Position numbers and translations under genes: made by a program. Source: Promethearchaeota archaeon (lineage in GTDB: Archaea; Asgardarchaeota; Lokiarchaeia; Sigyniarchaeales; SOKP01). From it: a DNA stretch of 64,000 nt. Below are positions 50,016 through 60,001 of the stretch, piece by piece. Numbering within the stretch: position 1 is the stretch's first letter; each line of letters starts with the position of its first letter. The notes below the pieces were generated by a model. It had not been told where the DNA came from. It saw only the letters and a program-made list of their open reading frames with translations, and ran no database searches. The stretch covers positions 384,001 to 448,000 of the forward strand of contig JAHPZE010000001.1 of NCBI GenBank assembly GCA_019058365.1, in the 5' to 3' direction.

Positions 50016-51959
50016 TTAAACACCTCCGAGAAGACCGTCAATTTCAGCAAATAATTGATGATCTCGATAATATCTGATATCAATTGCTTGAGTAGGACAA
50101 CATGTAGCACAAATACCGCATCCGTCACAATTTGTCTCATCAATAAATGCACCGATATCCTTCTCAATTCTAATGGCGTTTTTGGGACACTCTTTTTCGC
50201 ATCGTCCACATGAAATACAGAATTCGCTGTTCACTTCAGCAGTAATTAGTTCTATATCGATTTGTCCTGGTGCTGTTAACTCAGCTGCTTTGCTAGCCGC
50301 TGCCCTCGCTTGAGAAACGGAATAAGAAATATTTTTTGGTCCTTGAGCAAATCCAGCTATAAAAATTCCTTTTGATTTCGTTTCTTGCGGCATGAGTCCG
50401 AAATGGGATTCTGTGAGGAACCCGTATGTATTAGTATCAAGGTTTAGTACTTGTACAATCTGATTAGTACCTTTTGAAGGGAGTGCTGCTGAGGATAATA
50501 CGACTAAATCTGCATCAATTATTACGATCTTATCTGTTAGTGTTGAATAGACGCGAACCTTCACATTTTTAGTTTCAGGATCTTCAGAGATTTCCCCTAC
50601 TTTTCCGCGAATCATTTTAATTCCTACATCTTTAGCTCGTTCATAGTACTCTTCAAATCCTTTTTCGGGAGTTCTTATATCAATATAACAGATTGTAATA
50701 TTCGCATCGGGAAATTCTTCGAGCAATAACCTTCCGTTTTTTAGAGCGAGCATGCAACACACACCACTACAATAAGTTCGTTCATTTTCTCGACTTCCTA
50801 CGCATTGTATAAATACAATTTCTTTTAACTTCTTATTATCAGAAATTCGATGAACATGACCTTCAAGTGGACCATTTGGAGCAAGTATTCGTTCTAACTG
50901 AACTTGAGTTATGACATTCTCAAATTCTCCGTATCCATATTCACCAAAAGGTTCGTAGATATCCCATCCAGTTGCTATAATGATTGTACCAACTTCAATA
51001 TCAACTTCTGTAGGCACTTGACTGAAATCAATGGCATCTAATTCACAGGCATCTACACAGGAAAAACACTCAATACACGCATCCCTGTCGATATCATATA
51101 GAAACGGTACTGCTTGACCAAATGGAATATCAATTGCTTTTCGCGCTCCCAAATGTTCATCAAAATAATTGCTCACATATAAAGGACAAACCTCACTGCA
51201 TGCACCACATCCATTACAGTCGTCCGTCGTATATCGCGGTTTCCTTTCAATAGTTACTTTATAGTTCCCGACATATCCTTCTACTTTTTTTACTTCACTA
51301 TAGGTGACTAATTCAATATTCTCATTTCTATTAACTTCTAACATTTTGGGACCACAAATTCATATAGCACAATCGTCTGTAGGAAAGGTTCTGTCTAACT
51401 GAGACATTCTCCCTCCTATTGTAGTTTTTTGATCAACTAAATATACCTTGATGCCTTGATTCGCAAGATCGAGAGCCGCATTCATACCACAAATCCCAGC
51501 TCCAATAACTAATGAGGCTTTTGTAACTGGAACTGTCTTAATTGGCACTGGCTCTAATCGTTTTACTCTTTCAATTCCACTTTTCACTAAGATTTTTGCC
51601 TTCTCTGTAGCTTCTTCTTTACTATCTGTGCACCATGAACACTGTTCACGAACATTTACCATTTGAAAGTAGTATGGATTTAGGGCAGTTTTAGCTATTG
51701 TCCCCCGATAAATAACCTCATGTGTACGTGGGGTTCAAGCAGATGCTACAATTCGGTCTAGATTTTTTTCTTTAATATCTTTAATAATTTCATTTTGAGC
51801 ATTATCGGTGCATAGAAAAGCATTTTTTTTAGCAATTACGACATCATCAAAAGTCTTACTTACGTATTCTACAAGCTCATCGCAATCTACTTTAGTCCTA
51901 ATATTTACTCCTCATTGACAAGCATAGTATCCAATCCGATGATTTTCATTATTATTCAT
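50016..51959 (-). CDS. hdrA: HdrA selenoprotein, 647 aa, Sec at codons 16, 75 and 200
   Basis: One frame joins the two track ORFs and an untracked 5' part: RIGYYACQ-U-GVNI (51912-51914), VASA-U-TPRTHE (51735-51737), FPTDDCAI-U-ICGPKM (51360-51362). Canonical HdrA length and domain order. Confidence 0.92.
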
Positions 51960-52429
51960 CTCTTTTTACACATCCACCTCTAGCTTTTACATAATTGTAT
52001 ATTCATAAATTTCTTAGATTTTTATTGGATGTTTTTTAAGTTCCAATATTGATCTTTTTGTAACGATCGATATTAAATATTTTTTTTAATTGTATTTACA
52101 TTTTCAATATTTTTAATAGTTTTTGTTACCATATATAAGCAAATATTTGTAAAGCGGTCACAACATCAAAATATTTTTGACCAGATTGAAGATTTTTAAC
52201 TATTTTTTTTTGAAGATAATCATAGAAAGAGGAATTTATGATCGATCTTAAACATTTTTATTTAAGAACTTCTTAATCAAATTGGATTCTATTTTGCATT
52301 GATTCTAATCTTTATAAGATTTGACATTTTTATCAAAAAGACCAAGAATACTAAAATTGATGTTAATTCAATAAAGCTGATAAAAAGAGAAAAAGTTAAT
52401 TCTCCTCATAAAAATTATAGGACTCAATT

Positions 52430-53407
52430 CTAATGAAGATCATTATTTAAGTACTCTTTATAATAGTGAGATTTATTTAAAAGGTATTTTTGAACAATTG
52501 GTTTAAATATCATAGTAAAAAATCGTGAAATGACTACTTTTTTTTTTACCGCATTGAAATAATCATCGAGAGTATATCTTTGATAATTAAGAAATGCTTG
52601 ACTTTTATCTGTTGTCATGAATCCGCAATGAAATCCCCTCCCTCGCCTGAAAGCTTCCTCAGGCAATCCTTCAAAACCTATACCAAAAATGTCTAGCATT
52701 TCCTTAAGATAATCACGATATGAAATCCGACATCTATCTCCGCCTGCAATATGCATAACTTCTCCCCAAATTTTTTCATTTTCCACAGCATTGGTAAGAG
52801 CAAGACCCACATCTTTGGTATCGCAGATTTCTATACAAGTTTCAAGAGGCATTTCAAACATTAAAGGATCCATTTGCAATTTATTCAAAGAGACAATATA
52901 AGTCAACCGAAAAATCGCCCAATCCAAAGAAGAGTTCTTAATTAATTCCTCACACTTTAATTTTTGTTTGGCATATTCATCATCAACGTTTGGATTTAGT
53001 GTATCATCTGGTGTTATTAAAGGATTTTCAAGTCGATCTCCGTATACTGCTACTGAAGATGTAAAAATGAGTTTTGGTTTTTTAGGCTGATTTTCCATAG
53101 CTTTAACAATATTAGCAGTTCCTCCAACATTTACAGATTCTGCAAATTTAGGTTTTTTATCGGCAAGAGGTGGAATAATTGCTGCTACATGAATAATAAC
53201 ATCTCTATCAGCAACAGCCTTTTCGACATTATTATAATTCCTTAAATCTCCCCAAAAGATTTCTACATCTTTCTTGTATTTAATTGCCAACCTTTTGTTC
53301 CTTCTAGTTTTAATATCAAAAATTCTAATATCATAATTTCTTTTAAGCATTTCTTTTAATGTGCTCAATCCTACATTACCAAATGCTCCTGTTAATAAAA
53401 CTTTCAT
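52430..53407 (-). CDS. NAD-dependent epimerase/dehydratase (extended SDR)
   Basis: TGAFGNVG, HVAA, TSSVAVYG, YAKQK. Confidence 0.9.
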   Translation of the reverse strand: MKVLLTGAFGNVGLSTLKEMLKRNYDIRIFDIKTRRNKRLAIKYKKDVEIFWGDLRNYNNVEKAVADRDVIIHVAAIIPPLADKKPKFAESVNVGGTANIVKAMENQPKKPKLIFTSSVAVYGDRLENPLITPDDTLNPNVDDEYAKQKLKCEELIKNSSLDWAIFRLTYIVSLNKLQMDPLMFEMPLETCIEICDTKDVGLALTNAVENEKIWGEVMHIAGGDRCRISYRDYLKEMLDIFGIGFEGLPEEAFRRGRGFHCGFMTTDKSQAFLNYQRYTLDDYFNAVKKKVVISRFFTMIFKPIVQKYLLNKSHYYKEYLNNDLH

Positions 53408-53436
53408 AACAATTTCTCATTTTATTTAATTTTGCT

Positions 53437-54426
53437 CTAAACGTGAATTAATTTTTGAGATTTATAATAGGGTGATGTTTTTATTAAATAATGTTTTATA
53501 ATAGGTCCTAATGAACGAATTACGTATCTTTTAAATCCGAATTTCTTTTTTAAGTAAATTAGATAATCATTAAACGTGGTTCTTTGATAATTAAGCAATT
53601 TCTGAGATTCTTCGGTATCAAGCCAATCTGTATAAAACCATTCGCTATCTTTTTCAGGAATACGGAAAGATATCTTAGGTATCATTCTAATTCCCAATGA
53701 ATCAAAAATTCTCTCTACAAATTCTCTTTGGTATAATTTACAGCCTTCTCCACCACCTATTAATAAGATTTTACCATCAGTATTGGCTTTTACAGCATTA
53801 GATATCGCGTTCCCTACATCTTCTATTGCTAATATTTCTATACGCTGATCTAGTGGTATATCAAACAGCATTGAAGTCATTTTCATATCAAAATCAAGAG
53901 GCATAACTGCAGCTATACGAAGAATTGTCCAAGGGAGTCCGCTATTTCTTATAAGTTCTTCACATTTTATTTTATGTTCGGTATAATTATCAGTAGAAAT
54001 AATTGGATCATCAGATGTCCGAGGTGGAGGGTTATTCATTTGAGGTCCAAAAACAGATATTGAACTAGTAAAAATAAATTTTGGCTTCTTTTCCAATAAA
54101 TTAGCGGCTTTTATTAATTTTTTTGTCCCCTCAACATTTACTTCATATGCTAATTTTGGATTTTGTTCACTTAAAGGAGGAATAATGGCTGCTAAGTGAA
54201 TAATGACATCGATGTTTTTTACAGCTCTTAATATATCATTAAAGTTCCTTAAATCTCCCCAAAATACATCAATATTATTTTCAAATTTGTTTGAAATCTT
54301 TTGATTTTTCTTTGTTTTTAGGTCAAAAGCTCTAACATAAAAATTTAATTCAATCAATTTAGTTAAAGTACTCAATCCTATATTACCAAAAGCTCCTGTT
54401 AATAAAACTTTCATGAGAAATACCAT
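53437..54426 (-). CDS. NAD-dependent epimerase/dehydratase (extended SDR), tandem paralogue
   Basis: TGAFGNIG, HLAA, TSSISVFG, YTEHK. Confidence 0.9.
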   Translation of the reverse strand: MVFLMKVLLTGAFGNIGLSTLTKLIELNFYVRAFDLKTKKNQKISNKFENNIDVFWGDLRNFNDILRAVKNIDVIIHLAAIIPPLSEQNPKLAYEVNVEGTKKLIKAANLLEKKPKFIFTSSISVFGPQMNNPPPRTSDDPIISTDNYTEHKIKCEELIRNSGLPWTILRIAAVMPLDFDMKMTSMLFDIPLDQRIEILAIEDVGNAISNAVKANTDGKILLIGGGEGCKLYQREFVERIFDSLGIRMIPKISFRIPEKDSEWFYTDWLDTEESQKLLNYQRTTFNDYLIYLKKKFGFKRYVIRSLGPIIKHYLIKTSPYYKSQKLIHV

Positions 54427-54545
54427 ATATTCTTAAATAGATCTTAAATATAGCTTACATTTTGCAATTTTAATATATTCTATTTTTGGATATGTCTGAA
54501 TCTTATATATCCAACTTATTTATAAAATAGTCTTCTGACATATAA

Positions 54546-54581
54546 ATATATCGTATTCGAATATATCACGTTCAAATATAT
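54546..54581. promoter_or_regulatory. Candidate PadR operator array upstream of the SDR pair
   Basis: ATATATCgtattcga-ATATATCacgttcaa-ATATAT (15-bp period); similar to the motif upstream of padR. Confidence 0.5.
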
Positions 54582-54646
54582 AAAAAAATCAAAAAAGTTA
54601 TATGATTAGACGAGATTATCTTCTTAAAGATCTTTCAGAATAATAT

Positions 54647-55225
54647 TTATTTATTCTCTTTTTTTAAACTTTCAATTCTTTGGTTAATCTCGTTAACAAA
54701 ATTTTCTAATTTGTTAACTATTTTTGATAAGACAAGCATTCTTTTTGTAAGAATTTTGAGCTTCTCATCATCAGTTTTTCCGATTAAACTTGCATCATCA
54801 ATTAAGTCTGGACCAAATAAATCTTCGAAATCATTGGGGAGGGAGAAATCTGTGAGCCCTATCGTTGACATAATCATTGAAAGCAGAGATTTTCGCATAT
54901 TTTGCTGTCTTTCAAGGAGTTTCTTTAAAGTTTTTCTACCTTTATCAGTAATTTCATAAACTTTTTTCTCTCTTTTCCCATCCATCTCCGCTTTAAATTC
55001 AATTAAACCTTTTTCTGTAAGTGATGACAGATGCGGGTATAGTGAAGAAGCAGTTGGATTCCAGACTTCATATGTATCCTCTTTTATAGTATGCATTAAG
55101 CTGTAACCATGAGAAGGTCCTTTTTCTAAAGCTAACAATATTAATGTGCTAATATGTCCTTTTTTCATAGAATGTTCAATTGCATCAGCAATAGCATCAA
55201 TTTTTTCGCTATTTTTCTTACTCAT
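54647..55225 (-). CDS. padR: PadR family transcriptional regulator
   Basis: LILLALEKGPSHGYSL, SSLYPHLSSLTEKGLI, KKVYEITDKGR. Confidence 0.92.
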   Translation of the reverse strand: MSKKNSEKIDAIADAIEHSMKKGHISTLILLALEKGPSHGYSLMHTIKEDTYEVWNPTASSLYPHLSSLTEKGLIEFKAEMDGKREKKVYEITDKGRKTLKKLLERQQNMRKSLLSMIMSTIGLTDFSLPNDFEDLFGPDLIDDASLIGKTDDEKLKILTKRMLVLSKIVNKLENFVNEINQRIESLKKENK

Positions 55226-55258
55226 ATCAACGCAACACTGACTAATTCAAAAAAATAA

Positions 55259-55290
55259 ATATCAATTATAGATATATCAAATTCCGTAAT
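55259..55290. promoter_or_regulatory. Candidate PadR autoregulatory operator
   Basis: Inverted repeat ATATC-aattata-GATAT, overlapped by a second ATATCaa half-site, about 34 bp upstream of the padR start. Confidence 0.5.
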
Positions 55291-55354
55291 AAATATTAAT
55301 TTTTAGAGTTTTTTCTAAAAAAAAAGGTATGGATAAATTAGAGAATTAAGTTTT

Positions 55355-56092
55355 CTATCTTGGTATTAAATCTGGTTTCATTAAAACAATAAGTGAAAGA
55401 GGGATTATCCAGATTAATATTGAGAAGAGTAACATCCATTCTAATAATGGAGTGCCATATATTAGATTCAGAATTGTAACAATTAATGGACCGAATATTC
55501 CATAGATTCCTAGACTTTTTGGTATCTTAGTATCATATAACACGATTAACCAGCCCATAAAAAATGCGGCAAAAGTAAAACCCCCAAAAGCGAGATATGA
55601 CATAATACCGTGTGGACCTTGTCCTAAAACCTTTAATACGTCATAATCCCGGTCAGCACTAAAGATCCCCACTCCAATATAGCCAAAATTGCCAATAATA
55701 CTAAATAAAAAGGCAAAACTACTTAATCGAAAACGTAATCGAGAGTAGTGTCGTTCTCCCAATTCATTTCTCTTAGGTAATGGAGCAAGTAATTTTTCCA
55801 TATAGTAAGTAAGTGGAATGGTCATAGATCCTGCTATAATACATGCGATATCATATAAAAATGGAGTGGGAGTGTGATCACTTGACCCTAGATCAGAAAT
55901 CCAGTTATTCCAAATCGTATATCCGTTTGGATCGAGAATTTCTGCAATGATAACGCCTATTATTAGCAATAAAATATATCCCACCATAACTATCATAGCA
56001 CTGAACTTCACAACTTTAAAATTTGTAGCAAAATTGTATAATTTTGCTCGTATTTTATTTATTGATTCGCGTACAGTCATAATAGTATTCAT
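55355..56092 (-). CDS. DUF998-like membrane protein
   Basis: GYTIWNNWISDLGS, GVGIFSAD, multiple TM helices, PLLEW. Confidence 0.75.
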   Translation of the reverse strand: MNTIMTVRESINKIRAKLYNFATNFKVVKFSAMIVMVGYILLLIIGVIIAEILDPNGYTIWNNWISDLGSSDHTPTPFLYDIACIIAGSMTIPLTYYMEKLLAPLPKRNELGERHYSRLRFRLSSFAFLFSIIGNFGYIGVGIFSADRDYDVLKVLGQGPHGIMSYLAFGGFTFAAFFMGWLIVLYDTKIPKSLGIYGIFGPLIVTILNLIYGTPLLEWMLLFSILIWIIPLSLIVLMKPDLIPR

Positions 56093-56195
56093 TTTCTATT
56101 TTTATTAAATATACTTGACTCAAGTGAATATAAATGTAATTATATTTTAGAAATTTTTAATTTTTAGTGGAAAAGAAGATATAAAAAAGCAATTT

Positions 56196-56915
56196 TTATT
56201 TTGGTTTTAATTCTGAGTTTCGTAGTATCATAAATACAAGTGGTATTATCCATAGAAGAATCGAGAATAATAAAATCCATTCCTATAATGCTTCCATCGT
56301 ATATAGGAAAGTGAATAGCATACTTGATGGCCCTATTATCCCATAAATTCCAAATAATTTTGAGATTTTAGTATCATAAAGTACAATTATCCATCCAATA
56401 AAGAATGCTCCTAATGCAAATCCAGTGAAGGAGAAAAAGGAGAATATATCATGATAACTAGCAAAATCTAATAAAGGGTAATTCCGATCTTCGCTAAAAA
56501 TCCCTACAAAAATATAACCTATGTTTCCCATCAAGCTAAAGAAAAATGCATTACTCCCTAGTCTAAACCTTAGGCGTGAAAAATGTTGTTCTTGTAAATT
56601 CTTCCTTTTTGGTAACGGAGCAAATAAATTTTCAATGTAGAATGTTAATGGGATAGTCATAATTCCAGCGAATATACAAGCAATATCAAAGATGATTGGT
56701 GCAGGAGTATACCTACTTCCTCCTAAATCTGAAATCATGCGAGTCCAGATAGTGTATCCGTAAGTGCCCAAACTCGCTGCTATAATAACAGCAATTAGTA
56801 GTAGTGAAAGATATACAGTTATTACGATAATCGAATTTTTCCTAATAAAATTATAATTAGTTACACTATTGTAAAATTTAGCTCTAACCTTGTTAATTGA
56901 TTGACGTATTGTCAT
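56196..56915 (-). pseudogene. DUF998-like paralogue with in-frame TAG at codon 211
   Basis: After TAG (56283-56285) the frame continues EWILLFSILLWIIPLVFMILRNSELKPK*, matching the paralogue's EWMLLFSILIWIIPLSLIVLMKPDLIPR. Confidence 0.75.
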
Positions 56916-57235
56916 AGTAAATTACATTATTCATTTTTATTAAAACTGTTTGGATTGCTACAATTTGAATTTAATTATTTATAAAAAATCTTGATTTTAA
57001 TAGAAAGTTAAGAGTAAATATACTGAATATGATAAAGGTACACTGAGAAATTATTATGATCGTCTATTTTTACTTGTCTGGGTGACAATTATCTGGATTT
57101 ATGTTTACTTTGGATAATATTATTAAATACAATTATGTTTGATTTGGGTAATGTTTTAATAGTTGATGATCCTTTTTGATAATTAATTAAAAAATAAAGT
57201 ATCATTTTGATCAAGTTAGTATAAGAGCATTATTA

Positions 57236-58834
57236 ATGTTAAAAACAAAAATTCACCCTCGTGAAATATATCAGCGAAGCGAGGAGTTTGGATTAAAAAA
57301 TTCAGCAGATATGCTGACTGAAATCATAGAAACAGAAAAGGATGATAGTAAGCGAAAGGAAGCAATTAAATATTTAGGATTACTAAGTAGTAATTCAACA
57401 TCGTTGAAGAATGAATGTTTTGGAACATTTGAAAATTTGTTAATTTCAGATGATACTATTGAAATTAAATGTGAAGCCGCAAAAGCATTAGGTAAGCTAA
57501 AACACGAAAAAGCTTTAAAACCATTAAATTGGGTATTGACACAAGAGCCCGTTGATTATAATATTAAAATTTCCGTATTAAAAGCCATACACAAAACACA
57601 ATTTGAGGAACCTGAAATACGGCTTTTTATAAATGAATTAGATAGCAAATTTAATTCGATTAAAGAATATGTTTCAATTCAATTATTAAGTCTACCACCA
57701 GAAAAATTAATAGCTATATTATTAGATTCATTAAAAAATAAAGGATTCTCAAATGAACATAAAGCTGAGTTTTTAAAATTAATTGGATATGAATTGTCAA
57801 GTATAAATATCTCTTTCGAGGATATTAGTTATATTAAAGTAAAATATCCTGAGCTTTTAACAAATCTACTTAAATCCAAAGATATTTTGTTGGAAGTTAT
57901 CACCCAAATTTTAAAGGAAGAAGATTTAAGCCTAGTTGATTCTGTTATCACTATTTTGAGAATACTAGGAAAGAATGTAGAAAAGGACATTATAAAACTA
58001 CTATTAATAGATGATTTTATTGTAAAGAAAAATGCTGTTGTGTTATGTGGGAAATTGAAACTGAAGGATTCTGTAGACTTTTTAATTTCTAACTTAGATA
58101 ATATCTATCATGAAGTGAGTATTGCAGCAATTGAAGCTTTAGGAGAAATTGGAGATGTCTCGGCAATTCCAGAGCTTTTAGATGTGTTAGATATTGAGGA
58201 TGTAAGTTTTGAATATACGGATTTAGATATGAAGCTTTATATTTTAGACGCAATTAAGAGTATATACCTTAATAATAAGGATACTTCATATGATTATTTA
58301 TATCAATCTCTGAGTAAAGAAAATGATACTATCAGAGAAAGTGTTGCATTTATTTTGGGCGAAATTGGTAAAGAAGAATTCGTTAAACCATTATGTAATC
58401 TATTAGCAGTTAGAAACTTAGATGTGAGAAAGAATACAATTATCGCCTTAGGAAAAATTGGAAGCGTAGCACCTATAGCAGATTTACTTAATATAATTGA
58501 AGATGAAAAAGCTTATTGGTTAATAAAAAAAGTTGCGATTGATGCTATTTATAATATATTTCAAACCAACTGGTATAAAGTAAAAGACGATAAGCAAGAT
58601 ATAACAAGAGTATTGAATAAAAATATAGCAATTCTAACAGATTACTTAAGAACAAAGGAAGATGAAAATCATAAAGTGAAACTTAGTATAATTAAATTAT
58701 TAGAAATTTATGGTGGAGAGCAAGCATTAAACGCTTTACTCAAGAGAGTCAATGATTTTCATAGAGTTGTGCGAATTTATGCTTCAAATGCGATAAAGAG
58801 AATTGAAGAAAGACTTGAATTAGAAAATACTTAG
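57236..58834 (+). CDS. HEAT (PBS lyase-type) repeat protein
   Basis: Repeated AAKALGKL / AIEALGEIG / VAFILGEIG / IIALGKIG. Confidence 0.9.
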   Translation: MLKTKIHPREIYQRSEEFGLKNSADMLTEIIETEKDDSKRKEAIKYLGLLSSNSTSLKNECFGTFENLLISDDTIEIKCEAAKALGKLKHEKALKPLNWVLTQEPVDYNIKISVLKAIHKTQFEEPEIRLFINELDSKFNSIKEYVSIQLLSLPPEKLIAILLDSLKNKGFSNEHKAEFLKLIGYELSSINISFEDISYIKVKYPELLTNLLKSKDILLEVITQILKEEDLSLVDSVITILRILGKNVEKDIIKLLLIDDFIVKKNAVVLCGKLKLKDSVDFLISNLDNIYHEVSIAAIEALGEIGDVSAIPELLDVLDIEDVSFEYTDLDMKLYILDAIKSIYLNNKDTSYDYLYQSLSKENDTIRESVAFILGEIGKEEFVKPLCNLLAVRNLDVRKNTIIALGKIGSVAPIADLLNIIEDEKAYWLIKKVAIDAIYNIFQTNWYKVKDDKQDITRVLNKNIAILTDYLRTKEDENHKVKLSIIKLLEIYGGEQALNALLKRVNDFHRVVRIYASNAIKRIEERLELENT

Positions 58835-58981
58835 TATGATTATTGCGTAATGTTAATTTCATCTCTTATATTTAGCTAAGGAGGTATTTTCTGCTAAATT
58901 TGGTATGTGTATTTATCTTTACAAGTTAATTTTAACTTTTTATATAAATCTTAAAATAGTAAACTATCTATAAATAATCAT

Positions 58982-59623
58982 ATGGAAAATATATCAGATA
59001 TTGAATTAAGAGCCTTTGAAAATTCAAGTATTGGGAAAAAAGAGATCTTTTTTGCGAATGAATTAAAAAGAATGGCAAAAGAAGAATTAAAGAAAGCAGA
59101 AAAAAGAGAAGCATTAATGCAAAGTCAATTATCGGTTGCTAAAATCAGAGAAGATTTAGCGGAGCAAAATAAAAAACTAGTTGAACATAAATTAAAATCA
59201 AAACATTTAATACAAGCATCAGACGTAGTTTTAAAGCATGATCAAGAATTTACAGTATATCATGAAAAAATGGCAAAAATTCAGAGAGAGATCGCCAAGA
59301 TACATAAAGAAGTTGCACAACAAGAGAGAAAAGTAGCTGAAAGACGAATAGATCTAGCCAAAGAGAAAATAGATTTGGGTAAAAAAAGAATAAGTATTTC
59401 TAAAAAGCAAAAAGCTTTTGTTAAAGCTATTAAAGCAATAAAAAAAGACGAGAAAATCAAAGATATTAAATCTCAATATGAAAATGAGCAGAAAGAACTT
59501 AATGATGCGAGAAATGATATATTAGAAATTGAAAAAGATATCAGGAAGAACACAAATAAAATAGCAGATTTAAAAGGAACGTTAGCACTTAAACTAACCG
59601 AGAGTGAAAAAATACGATATTAA
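58982..59623 (+). CDS. Coiled-coil protein
   Basis: K/E-rich heptad pattern throughout; no Pro. Confidence 0.7.
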   Translation: MENISDIELRAFENSSIGKKEIFFANELKRMAKEELKKAEKREALMQSQLSVAKIREDLAEQNKKLVEHKLKSKHLIQASDVVLKHDQEFTVYHEKMAKIQREIAKIHKEVAQQERKVAERRIDLAKEKIDLGKKRISISKKQKAFVKAIKAIKKDEKIKDIKSQYENEQKELNDARNDILEIEKDIRKNTNKIADLKGTLALKLTESEKIRY

Positions 59624-59681
59624 TTAAACTTCATGAATGAATTTTTTTGCATTTTTTCAATTAATTTCACAAAAACATAAA

Positions 59682-59915
59682 TTAAAAATGATGAATTAAG
59701 TCTTGACGATAAATATTAAGACGGGGTATGAAGTTTAAGTGCCAATATTCATAAATGCCTTTAATTGCTCTCGGTTGATCAGGAAATTTGTAGAATTTAT
59801 CATAATCATGTAGGTTTGCGCCAAAATCGAGAAATAAACCTTTCCCATTTTCCTCAACATAGATCTTATTGCCCCCTATGGTATCATTTCCATCATATAC
59901 GGTAATTGAAGTCAT
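59682..59915 (-). pseudogene. N-terminal fragment of an MBL-fold (RNase J-like) hydrolase
   Basis: MTSITVYDGNDTIGGNKIYVE...LFLDFG; stops before the HxHxDH motif. Confidence 0.7.
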
Positions 59916-60001
59916 TGGAATTACTTTAGTCTTATTAAGTTATTACTTGGTTGTTTTCTTAATAATTCTATGAGTATTTCATATTTCAAATTTTTGTTCT
60001 C

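Noticed and set aside
50016-51662. hdrA as a split gene or pseudogene (two track ORFs)
   Set aside because: All interruptions are TGA, in one frame, at conserved Cys positions; Sec explains them better.
51956-51973. Five-codon uORF (MCKKR) overlapping the Sec-hdrA start as a regulatory leader
   Set aside because: Its ATG abuts the GAGGTGG RBS with no spacer, and it is too short to distinguish from chance.
52155-52249. Inverted repeats upstream of Sec-hdrA as a 5' SECIS or riboswitch
   Set aside because: Short AT-rich palindromes more than 190 bp from the start with no SECIS core; could be operators but unsupported.
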